A DNA stretch of 64,000 nt from Clostridiales bacterium. Its GTDB lineage: Bacteria > Bacillota > Clostridia > Saccharofermentanales > Saccharofermentanaceae. This document shows, piece after piece, positions 1 through 9,449 of this stretch. Location: the NCBI GenBank assembly GCA_017513085.1, contig JAFWDK010000001.1:34991-98990 (forward strand). Reading direction: 5' to 3'. Numbering within the stretch: position 1 is the first letter of the stretch; the number at the start of each line of letters is the position of its first letter. Made by a program: the position numbers and the translations under genes. The notes beneath the pieces were generated by a model. That model did no database searches. It was not told the DNA's origin and saw nothing but the letters and a program-made list of their open reading frames with translations.

Positions 1-171
1 TTTGAAGGCAGCAAATTCCCGATACCAAAAGAGTATGATCTGTTTTTAAGAACGATGTATGGAGATTACTGGAAACTGCCTCCTGAAGAAAAAAGGGTAA
101 GCCACCACGCTGATAGCGTGGTCGTAACGATCAGTGATACGATTGCGGAAGAAATAGGGATAAAACCATGA
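1..171 (+). CDS. LicD-family phosphotransferase, 3' end only (cut by window edge)
   Basis: Frame 1 reads FEGSKFPIPKEYDLFLRTMYGDYWKLPPEEKRVSHH...KP*. This matches the LicD C-terminal motif and the end of the 2797 protein. Its stop overlaps the next ATG (ATGA). Confidence 0.8.
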   Translation, partial: FEGSKFPIPKEYDLFLRTMYGDYWKLPPEEKRVSHHADSVVVTISDTIAEEIGIKP

Positions 172-1520
172 AAACAGTAATAACATACGGTGTTTTTGAT
201 CTTTATCATGAGGGACATGAAAACCTCTTAAGACGCGCGAAAGCATTGGGAGATCGTCTGATCGTCGGAGTGACGTCGAACGAATTCACAAAACAGCGAG
301 GAAAGCTTCTGCTTGCAGACAGTTTGGATATTCGTATGGCGAATGTTCGAAACTGTCCGTATGTTGATGAGGTTATTCTGGAAGATCATTACGGGCAGAA
401 GGCTGAGGATATACAAAAGTATCGTGCCGATGTGTTTGTAGTTGGAGATGACTGGAAAGGTAAATTCGACTATCTCCGCAAATGGTGCGAAGTGGTCTAT
501 CTTCCCCGCACCCCCGGTATTTCTTCATCTTCTCTGCGTACTGCTCCCTATCCGAAAATCTCTTTCGGAGTCGTAGGAAGCGGCCGGATCGTCAGACGTT
601 TTCTTGAGGAAATAAAGACTGTGCATGGTGGTGTGCATGCGGAGCAAATCTATAATCCGCATCGTGAAAGCGCGGAGAGAGCCGCGGCTGAACATCCGGA
701 TCTGTCTGTCTGTGACAGCTATCCGAATATGCTGAAACTGTGTGACGCTGTATATATTGCCTCTCCTCACGAGACGCATTATGCGTACGCAAAAGAAGCG
801 CTGCAGGAAGGGAAACACGTTCTCTGTGAAAAACCTCTGGCCTTGAAAGAAGCTGAAGCCAAAGAACTTTTTGCGATCGCGGAAGAAAAATCGCTGGTTC
901 TGATGGAGGCAGTCAAGACTGCCTATTGTCCGGGCTTTACCAGATTGCTCTCGATCATTGAAACCGGCTTTATCGGCGAAGTCAGGGACGTCGAGTGTTC
1001 TTTTACAAAGCTCACCGCTCCGGACGTCCGCGAGCGAACAGACACCGAATACGGCGGCGCCTTTACCGAACTCGCTTCCTATACCTTACTGCCGGTGCTC
1101 AAACTTCTCGGCTGCAAGGATCTGCAGGTTCGTTTTGATAGTCAGTTTGATGAAAATGGGATCGATCTGTATACAAAAGCATATATTTCAAATGGGAAAG
1201 CTTTATCCTGCGGAAAAACAGGCCTTGGCGTCAAAACCGAAGGGAGTATGATCGTAGCCGGTACAGATGGCTATATCCGCGTAGAAGCACCTTGGTGGAA
1301 AACATCCAGATTTTCGATCCATCATGAAGACCCGCAGGATATTCAGGACTTCAAAGTTTACTTCGCAGGAGAAGGCCTTCGTTACGAAATAGCCGAGTTT
1401 GTTGACCGCATTCAGGGCTGGCATACATCGGATTATCATTTAACAAAAGAGGAATCGATCACAATGGCGAGGATCTTTGAACAATATCTGGAATATCGGA
1501 AAGGACTGAGGGAAGAATGA
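168..1520 (+). CDS. Fusion of a TagD-like cytidylyltransferase and a Gfo/Idh/MocA oxidoreductase
   Basis: N-terminus TYGVFDLYHEGH...RTPGISSS. C-terminus GVVGSGRIV, YIASPHETH, HVLCEKP. Confidence 0.85.
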   Translation: MKTVITYGVFDLYHEGHENLLRRAKALGDRLIVGVTSNEFTKQRGKLLLADSLDIRMANVRNCPYVDEVILEDHYGQKAEDIQKYRADVFVVGDDWKGKFDYLRKWCEVVYLPRTPGISSSSLRTAPYPKISFGVVGSGRIVRRFLEEIKTVHGGVHAEQIYNPHRESAERAAAEHPDLSVCDSYPNMLKLCDAVYIASPHETHYAYAKEALQEGKHVLCEKPLALKEAEAKELFAIAEEKSLVLMEAVKTAYCPGFTRLLSIIETGFIGEVRDVECSFTKLTAPDVRERTDTEYGGAFTELASYTLLPVLKLLGCKDLQVRFDSQFDENGIDLYTKAYISNGKALSCGKTGLGVKTEGSMIVAGTDGYIRVEAPWWKTSRFSIHHEDPQDIQDFKVYFAGEGLRYEIAEFVDRIQGWHTSDYHLTKEESITMARIFEQYLEYRKGLREE

Positions 1521-2800
1521 AAAACGGAACGAGAGATTTCGTTTCGGCTCTTTCGCAGACGGTTTTGAAGGGGAAACGGGTCGATGAAAAAACCGGATAT
1601 CTCGTAAATGAAGATAACTGTTCGGTCAATTTCGAACCTGTTTTCGTATCAAAAGGAGAGACGGTAGTATCTCAAATCCCGTTCCGTCTTTATTTCTATC
1701 ACCCCGAGATCCAGACAGACCTTATTCATACATATGCCTATGATCCCGACAGTAATTACACGACGTATGATCCGGAGCTCTCTGTATTTACAGAGATCCG
1801 CGAGAAAACGATAGAGCAGGACGGTTATATCCGGCTTGTCTTTGAATGTAAGGAAGAAAAAGCCTTAACAGAATTGGTTCAGTTTCCGGACAGGAAAGAA
1901 CATACACTGGTTCAAAAACCATACTTTGCAGAAGAGCAAAAGAGAATGGCAGAGAGACTGAGCACGCTGAGAGAAGATGAGGATACCTGCCTGCTTCTTC
2001 TGGCGGATACGCACTATGGGTACGGAAGCGTATTTCCGGAGTCTGCCGAGAATCTCAAAAAGCTCAGCCAGGAGATCCATCCGGAGGCTCTGATCCATCT
2101 TGGCGATCTGACGGATGGCGCACAGTCCACAAAGATCAGTATCGAAATGACAAAACGGGTATTACACGGATTGCAGGACTGCGGAGTTCCGGTCGAACTG
2201 TGTATCGGCAATCACGACGGAAACTACTTCCGCGGAAATAAGGATGTCTTCAGCAAGAAGCGGCGCGAAGATCTTTATTTGAACGGAAGAAGCGAAGACC
2301 GGAGAGTGGATATACCGGGTAAAGACCTGTCTCTGCTGTTTCTGTCAACTTTTGATCCGACGAGAAAGGAACGCTATGGTTTTTCCACACAGACGATCTG
2401 GAATTGTCTGTGGCTTTTAAAGGGAAAACCAAGAAAGAATAAACTGCTGGTCTTTTCACATGTTCCGCCGGTCGGAGAGATGCACTACTGGGATCCGCAT
2501 ATTCACAACAGCAAATGGATGATGAAACTTCTGAACCGCCATCAGAGACGGTATCACGATATACTTGCGTACATTCACGGTCATAACCATGCCGACAGCA
2601 TTTACCGCAAGCAATCATTCCCGATCATCGGGATCGCCTCCAATAAGCCGGAGGATTTCCTTGACCGCAAGCCCGGAGGAACGACAACACCGCCGCGGAA
2701 ACAGGGGGATGTCACACAGGAGTGTTTTGATGTGCTCCTGGTAAAGAAGGAGAAAGTGTATTTCCTTCGTTACGGAGCAGGAGAGGACCGGGCAGTATGA
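1517..2800 (+). CDS. Calcineurin-like metallophosphoesterase with N-terminal extension
   Basis: Motifs ADTHYG, HLGDLTDG, IGNHD, FSH, HGHNH. Confidence 0.8.
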   Translation: MKNGTRDFVSALSQTVLKGKRVDEKTGYLVNEDNCSVNFEPVFVSKGETVVSQIPFRLYFYHPEIQTDLIHTYAYDPDSNYTTYDPELSVFTEIREKTIEQDGYIRLVFECKEEKALTELVQFPDRKEHTLVQKPYFAEEQKRMAERLSTLREDEDTCLLLLADTHYGYGSVFPESAENLKKLSQEIHPEALIHLGDLTDGAQSTKISIEMTKRVLHGLQDCGVPVELCIGNHDGNYFRGNKDVFSKKRREDLYLNGRSEDRRVDIPGKDLSLLFLSTFDPTRKERYGFSTQTIWNCLWLLKGKPRKNKLLVFSHVPPVGEMHYWDPHIHNSKWMMKLLNRHQRRYHDILAYIHGHNHADSIYRKQSFPIIGIASNKPEDFLDRKPGGTTTPPRKQGDVTQECFDVLLVKKEKVYFLRYGAGEDRAV

Positions 2801-3615
2801 TCCATTATGATCAGGAAACTCTCCGCAGGATCCAGCTCGTTCAGCTCGGGCTTCTTCAGGAAGCGGACCGGATCTGCCGCAAACATGATATTCCCTATGT
2901 GATCATTGCCGGCACGCTTTTAGGAGCGGTCCGCCATAAGGGCTTTATTCCCTGGGATGATGATGCGGATATCGCTTTGCTGCGGGAAGATTACGACCGA
3001 TTCGCAGAAGCTTGTGCGGAAGATCTTGACACAGAGAATTTCTATTTTCAGGATCACCGGGTCACGCCCGGTTACCGTTGGGGATACGGAAAGCTGCGTC
3101 GGAAAGACAGCCTTTTTCTCCGCGAGCATCAGGAGCATATGCCTTATGAACAGGGAGTATTTATCGATGTTTTTCCGCTGGACGCTGTCCCGCAGAGCCG
3201 CATTGGAAGAACGCTCAAAAACTTCGAATGTTTTTTGATCCGCAAAACACTGTATGCTCCGGTAGGACGGGTTGCGGACAGAAGTGTTTTTAAAAGGAGA
3301 CTGTATGACCTGCTGTCAAAGATCCCGGAACAAAGAGTCTTCGGACATCTGGAAAAAATGATCAAAAAAGCCGGAAATACCCAGTCTGAATGGGTCCGCA
3401 TTTTAATGTTCCCGACACCGAATAAGGAATACGGATATCTGCGCCGCTGGTATCTTGAAAGAGAAAAGATCCTTTTTGAAGGGGTCCCGTTTTACGGCAT
3501 CAAAGATACAGACGGATATCTGACATTTAAATTCGGTGATTATATGACTCTTCCGCCGGAAAGTGGAAGAAAGACACATCCAGTTTCACAGCTGAAACTG
3601 CCGGAGAAGATATGA
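2797..3615 (+). CDS. LicD-family phosphotransferase
   Basis: GTLLGAVRHKGFIPWDDDADI; IDVFPLD; FGDYMTLPP. Confidence 0.92.
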   Translation: MIHYDQETLRRIQLVQLGLLQEADRICRKHDIPYVIIAGTLLGAVRHKGFIPWDDDADIALLREDYDRFAEACAEDLDTENFYFQDHRVTPGYRWGYGKLRRKDSLFLREHQEHMPYEQGVFIDVFPLDAVPQSRIGRTLKNFECFLIRKTLYAPVGRVADRSVFKRRLYDLLSKIPEQRVFGHLEKMIKKAGNTQSEWVRILMFPTPNKEYGYLRRWYLEREKILFEGVPFYGIKDTDGYLTFKFGDYMTLPPESGRKTHPVSQLKLPEKI

Positions 3616-4394
3616 ATTCCGAGGAAATCAAAGAATTGCTGAAACAACAGGAGTACAGCATTTTTGGCACGGGATACGTATCCCGTATGCTTTTGCGCGC
3701 TTTAAAAAAACAGAAACTGTCAGATAATCTGCAGACTTTCTGCCGCAGCGAAGTCACTCCCGGTGAAACGTTTCAGGGCTACCCGGTGATCTCGGCGGAA
3801 AAAGCGCTGCAAAGCGGAAACCCGATCCTGCTCGGTATCCACGACGGAGGAAAGGGCTCTGTTGCCGGCGCTGACAAAATGATCCGCGCTTATCCTTATC
3901 TGAAAGACTGGCTGTTTGGCGATCCGCTGCAGAGACAGGTCATTTTGAAAACAGATGAAATACGGCAAAGACAGCCGCAGGACCAATATTGGATCGCGGC
4001 TCGTTATGCCGGAATTGAAGGGATCGCTGAAAACGATCCGGAAAAGAAAGAGATCTATCTGCGCGCAATGTCGATGCACTGTTCCCGGGAAACGGCGGAA
4101 CAACGTTTAAGATCACTGGATGCATTGATGAAAGAGGCGGAGAAAAACGGTCTAGATCCCGAGAGACCTGTTGTTCTTGATACGGACTTCCGGGTCATTG
4201 ACGGTCTGCATCGCCTGGCTGTTGCTGCCTGGCTGAATATTGATGAGATCCATGCGGATATCTATCCGTCAGACGACGTCTATTTGGATCTTTTCGGAGA
4301 AAAGAACCGGCTCAGTGAAGCGGCCTTGCGAAGAAACGGATTTAAAGAAACGGAGATCGAGTATCTCAGGGAGTGCAGGAGGAAATGCGGATGA
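3612..4394 (+). CDS. ParB/sulfiredoxin-fold protein with N-terminal Rossmann-like module
   Basis: PVVLDTDFRVIDGLHRLAVA (ParB/Srx GxHR motif); N-terminal SIFGTGYVS. Confidence 0.65.
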   Translation: MNSEEIKELLKQQEYSIFGTGYVSRMLLRALKKQKLSDNLQTFCRSEVTPGETFQGYPVISAEKALQSGNPILLGIHDGGKGSVAGADKMIRAYPYLKDWLFGDPLQRQVILKTDEIRQRQPQDQYWIAARYAGIEGIAENDPEKKEIYLRAMSMHCSRETAEQRLRSLDALMKEAEKNGLDPERPVVLDTDFRVIDGLHRLAVAAWLNIDEIHADIYPSDDVYLDLFGEKNRLSEAALRRNGFKETEIEYLRECRRKCG

Positions 4395-5968
4395 TAAAAG
4401 AATTGGTTACGTTGATCCTGCCGGTCTATAATGTCGCGGATTATATCGATCAGTGCATGGAGACGGTGACTGCCCAGACCTATCCCGATCTTGAGATCCT
4501 TTTGATCAACGACGGTTCAACAGATGACTCTTTGAGAGTATTGCGGAAATGGGAAGATGCGGATAAGCGTGTCCGTGTTATTGATAAAAAGAACGAAGGC
4601 GTTGCAGCAACGCGCAATCTGGGTGTTCACGAGGCGAAAGGCACCGTCATTGGGTTTGTCGATCCGGATGACTGGCTGGATCTTTCGTATGTTGAAAAAC
4701 TGCTTTCAAAAATGCAGGAAGAGGACGCGGAATATGTTGAATGCGATCTCTGGCGCGTTGACGGAAGGACCGGCAAGATGATCTACCGTTCCTGCGGAAG
4801 TCGGATGGGCGTTCCCTATACGCACGAGGAACATATGAAATACGGTCCGACCGCAACATATAAAGCCCTGAGCCGTAAGGCTCTTTGGGATCGCTATGAT
4901 CTGCATATGCCGTCCTGTTCCTTCGAGTCTCCGGCGATCTATTCGCTGATCCTGACACTAAGCAAAAAGAACTCCTATGTACCGGAGGCATTGTATTATT
5001 ACCGCCGATTCCGCCCGGCTTCTTTGGTTGAGACAGGGTATTCCGCAGATCCTTTGCTTGGTGTGGAAGCGATGAATTTTCTGGTAAGCGAATTCAAACG
5101 CTGCGGGATCTACGACCAGTATAAAAGTGTACTTTCTTCCGTTGTTACTTACAGACTGAATGATATTCTTGCGATGCAATATCATCGTAAACCGTCTAAT
5201 GACTTTCAAAAACTCGTAAAAGCTTACGAGGACCTGCGATCCCGGCTTTTTCCACAAAACCATCAGGAACGTTACGTGGTATTCGGGGGATATAATCTAA
5301 ACCGCATCCTCCTCCATATGGACATGCTGCAGAATCCTGTCCTGCGTTTCAATTTCTGCAGTCTGATATCTCTGTCAAAGAAACGTGAGAGGACTTACCC
5401 GATTCATCACAAAAACCGTTATCGCGAGATCATGCTTGAGAAGGAAGAAAAACAGTCCTATTTCAGGACAATTGAGGAAATACGGCCGGCTTATCTTTTT
5501 ATGGATCTTTTGGAAGAACGATTTGACATACTGGAAAGCGACTCATACCGAACTTTGAGTGATGCCAGAGAAGGAGCGGATGAACAGATCGAAGGAAGAA
5601 GAATCCCGCGAAACAGCAAAGAATGTACAGAACTGTGGAAAAGAAGTTTTGATCATTTTTTCGGTTCAAATATTGAGATCCTGCCTCAACTGAAGGTTAT
5701 TGTTTTGGAAAACTATTTGAGCGAAAAAGTCGGGGATCCGCACGGGCAGAAAGACTTTCCTGAAATCGGAAAGATAAGGGAAACAAATGCCGTTTTGAAG
5801 GATTACTACGCATTTATCAAAGAGAATTACCCACAGATCCAAGTTGTTCATACATCTGACCTGTCGCTGTACTATACTGATACGCACTTTGAATACGGAG
5901 CTGTGCCTTCTCATCTAAACGAGATCGTGAATCAGCAGATCGCAGAAAGAGCGGGAGAGTATCTATGA
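4391..5968 (+). CDS. GT2 glycosyltransferase with C-terminal DUF6270-like domain
   Basis: ILPVYNV, INDGSTD, FVDPDD; C-terminal DLLEERF and PSHL. Start placed at ATG 4391 (ATGA overlap). Confidence 0.8.
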   Translation: MIKELVTLILPVYNVADYIDQCMETVTAQTYPDLEILLINDGSTDDSLRVLRKWEDADKRVRVIDKKNEGVAATRNLGVHEAKGTVIGFVDPDDWLDLSYVEKLLSKMQEEDAEYVECDLWRVDGRTGKMIYRSCGSRMGVPYTHEEHMKYGPTATYKALSRKALWDRYDLHMPSCSFESPAIYSLILTLSKKNSYVPEALYYYRRFRPASLVETGYSADPLLGVEAMNFLVSEFKRCGIYDQYKSVLSSVVTYRLNDILAMQYHRKPSNDFQKLVKAYEDLRSRLFPQNHQERYVVFGGYNLNRILLHMDMLQNPVLRFNFCSLISLSKKRERTYPIHHKNRYREIMLEKEEKQSYFRTIEEIRPAYLFMDLLEERFDILESDSYRTLSDAREGADEQIEGRRIPRNSKECTELWKRSFDHFFGSNIEILPQLKVIVLENYLSEKVGDPHGQKDFPEIGKIRETNAVLKDYYAFIKENYPQIQVVHTSDLSLYYTDTHFEYGAVPSHLNEIVNQQIAERAGEYL

Positions 5969-6870
5969 TCAAACAAAAAACATACAGAGTATTCATCTGG
6001 GGCGTATCCGCAATCTATAATCGGCATTTGCTGAATCTTAAGTACAGAGAAGATCACGGTGAAATCGAAGTCTTAGGAGTCTATGACCGCGATATCTGCT
6101 GCGGAAGCAAATTGGATGGCTATCGGCTAGTCAGAAAAGAACAGATCGTGGAGACTCCGCACGATTTTGTAATCGTGATGGCAAAGTGGACAGAAAAAGT
6201 GATCACCGAAGAGTATCTCGAACTTGGCGGTAAGCGGGAAAAGATCCTTCCTTACCGGATCCTGGATGTTCCGGGACTGACATTAGAACAGTATGAAACG
6301 ATAAGGAACGCGCATTTTTCCATTATTTCAAGTGACTGTTTTGGCGGTATGCTGTCCCACACATTGAATCTGCCGTTTTTGTCTCCTTTTGTGAATCTGT
6401 GGATCGAATCGGGCGATTATCTCAAAATCGCCGGCGACTTGAAACACTATATGAGTATTGCTCCCCGATTTGTCCGCTTCCAGGAAGCGATGGGACCGTT
6501 TGACGAAAAACAATATCCGGTTCTGAAGGTGGGTGATGTCACTCTCTACTGCAATCATGACCGCGATCCGGAGGAGGCGATCGCAAAATGGGAAAGACGG
6601 AAACAGCGCATTAATTACGGAGCGCTGCTGCTGACCTCTCTGGTGAACGACAGAGATGCTGAAAAGAAATTGAAGCTATACAAAGGTTATACGCGTAAAA
6701 TGATCTTTACCGGTTATCCTGATCCGGAACCGGATTCCATATACTTACCTTCCGAAGGAAGGCAGCCTCTTGATCAGCTGCACCGTTCAGTAACCGAACC
6801 GGGAAGCATGTTCGATCTCTATTCGCTCTTTTTTGGAAAAGTGAAATACCGCCGCAGTATGGAGGGCTAG
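5965..6870 (+). CDS. DUF1919-family exopolysaccharide protein with N-terminal Rossmann-like module
   Basis: SIISSDCFGGMLSHTLNLPFLSPFVNL; KWERRKQRIN. Confidence 0.8.
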   Translation: MIKQKTYRVFIWGVSAIYNRHLLNLKYREDHGEIEVLGVYDRDICCGSKLDGYRLVRKEQIVETPHDFVIVMAKWTEKVITEEYLELGGKREKILPYRILDVPGLTLEQYETIRNAHFSIISSDCFGGMLSHTLNLPFLSPFVNLWIESGDYLKIAGDLKHYMSIAPRFVRFQEAMGPFDEKQYPVLKVGDVTLYCNHDRDPEEAIAKWERRKQRINYGALLLTSLVNDRDAEKKLKLYKGYTRKMIFTGYPDPEPDSIYLPSEGRQPLDQLHRSVTEPGSMFDLYSLFFGKVKYRRSMEG

Positions 6871-6875
6871 AAGAA

Positions 6876-8222
6876 ATGTTAACCACACGAACGATTGCAA
6901 TATGGGGAATGGGCGTATTCGGTCAGAAAATGCTAATAGCGCTTAAGGAATACTATTCCGATGTTTATTCTGTTGCTGCTTTGTTTGACAGATCTCCTAA
7001 AAAAAGCGGAACAGAATACGAAGGTCTGTTGATCAAGGAACCTTCAGAAATAAAGAAAGAATATGCTGCGGGTTTGTTTGAAGCAGTAATGGTCTGCATA
7101 AAATTCGGAGACGCAAGAACCGAAGCCGTCCGGAGTTTGCAGGAATGGGGCATTCCGTTGTTTTATCCCGGGACTGAAGACAGTTTTACGGATCATACGC
7201 AGTTTGAACAGACAGAAAGTCCGTCTTATCAGATAGATCAAAAAGGGTACGATGTATGGGAATTCACGAATATATTCGGAATCAAAGCACTGCATTTTGA
7301 TTCGGAATCTATGTTTCTGTTCAACGGAGAAGGAAAAGTGTTGCTGGAACAATGGGATGCGTATCCGGAAGATGAGCAATACGCATTACGCTTATATTTC
7401 CCGATCCGGTTCGATCAGCCGCCGGCTGAAAAAGTCATGTTAAGAGGTGAATGGTGTATTCTGACAAAACTGTTCGCAGGAAACTACTGGCACTTCGTGA
7501 ATGAAGGAATGGATTGTGTAGCATTGCTTGAAGGAGCCGGTTACACAGGAAAATATCTGGTTCCGGATTGCGACTTCAATAAAGAGCTTCTTGTAATAAT
7601 GGGGATCGATGAGAACCGTATCTGCTCAGCTGCTGGCCTGGACAACGAAACTGTTTATCAATTCGAGAAACTTGTTTTTTGCCACCAAAGGAAAAGAAAC
7701 TATCGGGAAAGCGCAGATGTTCTGTCCCGCGTTGGAGACAGACTGAAAAAACACCTGAAAACTGATTCGAGCCTGCCAAAAAGGATCCACATTAAACGGA
7801 TCGGTTCGCGAAAACTTCTGAACGGCGAAGAGATCAGCAGTCAATATGGATTTGTGACGATCATCCCCGAAGAATACAGTGTAAAGGAACAAATGGAGTT
7901 CTTCTACAATGCAGATATCGTTTTAAGCGAACATGGCGCGAATTCAACCAATTACGTCTGCATGAGACCGGGTTCGGTATTTGTAGAAACGTTCAACAAT
8001 TCCTGGAAGTATCCGTTTAATCTTTACGGAACTTATGCATGCGGAATTCATTATCTGCCCGTAAGTGATCTGAAACCGGCAGATAATGATCCGCAGGGGA
8101 AAACAAAAGATTACAAAATCGACGAGACAATGTTGCGGACATCGATTGAAAACGCAATCTTGATTAGCAAAGGAGACAAGCTTCTATATGACAAAAGTAT
8201 CCGTAATCATTCCGGTATATAA
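6876..8222 (+). CDS. GT61 (DUF563) glycosyltransferase
   Basis: NYWHFVNE; SVKEQMEFFYNADIVLSEHGANSTN. Confidence 0.75.
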   Translation: MLTTRTIAIWGMGVFGQKMLIALKEYYSDVYSVAALFDRSPKKSGTEYEGLLIKEPSEIKKEYAAGLFEAVMVCIKFGDARTEAVRSLQEWGIPLFYPGTEDSFTDHTQFEQTESPSYQIDQKGYDVWEFTNIFGIKALHFDSESMFLFNGEGKVLLEQWDAYPEDEQYALRLYFPIRFDQPPAEKVMLRGEWCILTKLFAGNYWHFVNEGMDCVALLEGAGYTGKYLVPDCDFNKELLVIMGIDENRICSAAGLDNETVYQFEKLVFCHQRKRNYRESADVLSRVGDRLKKHLKTDSSLPKRIHIKRIGSRKLLNGEEISSQYGFVTIIPEEYSVKEQMEFFYNADIVLSEHGANSTNYVCMRPGSVFVETFNNSWKYPFNLYGTYACGIHYLPVSDLKPADNDPQGKTKDYKIDETMLRTSIENAILISKGDKLLYDKSIRNHSGI

Positions 8223-9429
8223 CACAGAAAAATACCTTCCGGCCTGCCTGGAAAGTGTGCTGTCACAGACTCTTCCGGACCTTGAAGTCATCTGCATTGA
8301 TGATGCTTCACCGGATCGCTGCGGGCAGATCCTCGATGAATACGCCGGGAAAGACCAAAGGGTAAGAGTCTTTCATCTTGAAGAAAACCACAGGCAGGGA
8401 TACGGGCGCAATCTCGGCATTCAAAACGCAACCGGTGATTATCTTTATTTTCTTGATTCAGATGATATGATCGAGGCCGATGCTTTGAAAGAACTCAGTG
8501 AGATTTCGGATCAAAAAAACCTGGATGCCGTGTTTTTTGATGCGCAGAATCACTTCGAATCCGAAGATCTCCGAAGTGTATATACACCTGCTTTTGAGGA
8601 TCGGAAAGGAACATATCCGGATCATCCGGTCGAGGGGAAAGAACTCTTTGATCTGTTTATGGAACAAAAGGAATGGACCTGTTATCCACAGCGTATTTTT
8701 TGGAGACGCAGCTTCATCCTTGAGGAGGGCACACTCAATCCTGTAGGATCCGAACACGAAGATGAGTATTTCGCATTCGCCGGAATCCTAACGGCAAAAC
8801 GGGCTATGTATATTCCGAAGCAGTATTTCATTCTGCGGATCCGCCCAAACTCCGTAATGACCAGCAGGATCCTTCCGAAGAATTTTCATGGTTATTTAAT
8901 GAATTATTACTGGATGAGCCGTTTTGTTGCGGAAAGAGATCTGCACACAAAGGCCGGAGATCTGAATATCATCCGCATGTATGAACGCTGCTGTACTTTC
9001 TATGACAGACTATCCGGTGAATTTGACCTTCGCGAAATCTGCAGCCACAGGGAATTGGATAAGATCCTGTTTGAATGTTTCGAAATACATCTCAAAGCAA
9101 AAAAACAAATGAGTATGATCGATCCCGGCGTAATGGAAAGAATCCGTTCCTGTGCGCATCTGTATATTTACGGAGCCGGCATTGTTGCGGACAAATTTGC
9201 CAAAGAGATCCTGATGCAGAAGGATATTCCTTTAGATGGTTTCCTCGTCACCGAAACAAAAGGAAATGCTCAGATCTTATACGGGAGAAGAATACAGGCT
9301 TTTGAAAGCACAAAACTGCCGGAAGATTCCCTGGTCGTGGTTGCCGTCGGGAAAACTCTGCGAAGCGAAGTGTGTGCTATTCTGGAAAAGAGCGGCGTTA
9401 ACTGGATCTATTACCGTGACCAGGAGTAA
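8188..9429 (+). CDS. GT2 glycosyltransferase with C-terminal Rossmann-like module
   Basis: VSVIIPVYN, IDDASPD, FLDSDD, HED; tail LYIYGAGIVA. Confidence 0.88.
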   Translation: MTKVSVIIPVYNTEKYLPACLESVLSQTLPDLEVICIDDASPDRCGQILDEYAGKDQRVRVFHLEENHRQGYGRNLGIQNATGDYLYFLDSDDMIEADALKELSEISDQKNLDAVFFDAQNHFESEDLRSVYTPAFEDRKGTYPDHPVEGKELFDLFMEQKEWTCYPQRIFWRRSFILEEGTLNPVGSEHEDEYFAFAGILTAKRAMYIPKQYFILRIRPNSVMTSRILPKNFHGYLMNYYWMSRFVAERDLHTKAGDLNIIRMYERCCTFYDRLSGEFDLREICSHRELDKILFECFEIHLKAKKQMSMIDPGVMERIRSCAHLYIYGAGIVADKFAKEILMQKDIPLDGFLVTETKGNAQILYGRRIQAFESTKLPEDSLVVVAVGKTLRSEVCAILEKSGVNWIYYRDQE

Positions 9430-9449
9430 AACACAGGTTTTTTGATTCT

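Noticed and set aside
3612-4394. Plasmid or chromosome partition gene
   Set aside because: No parA, no HTH region, and it is translationally coupled inside a glycan operon.
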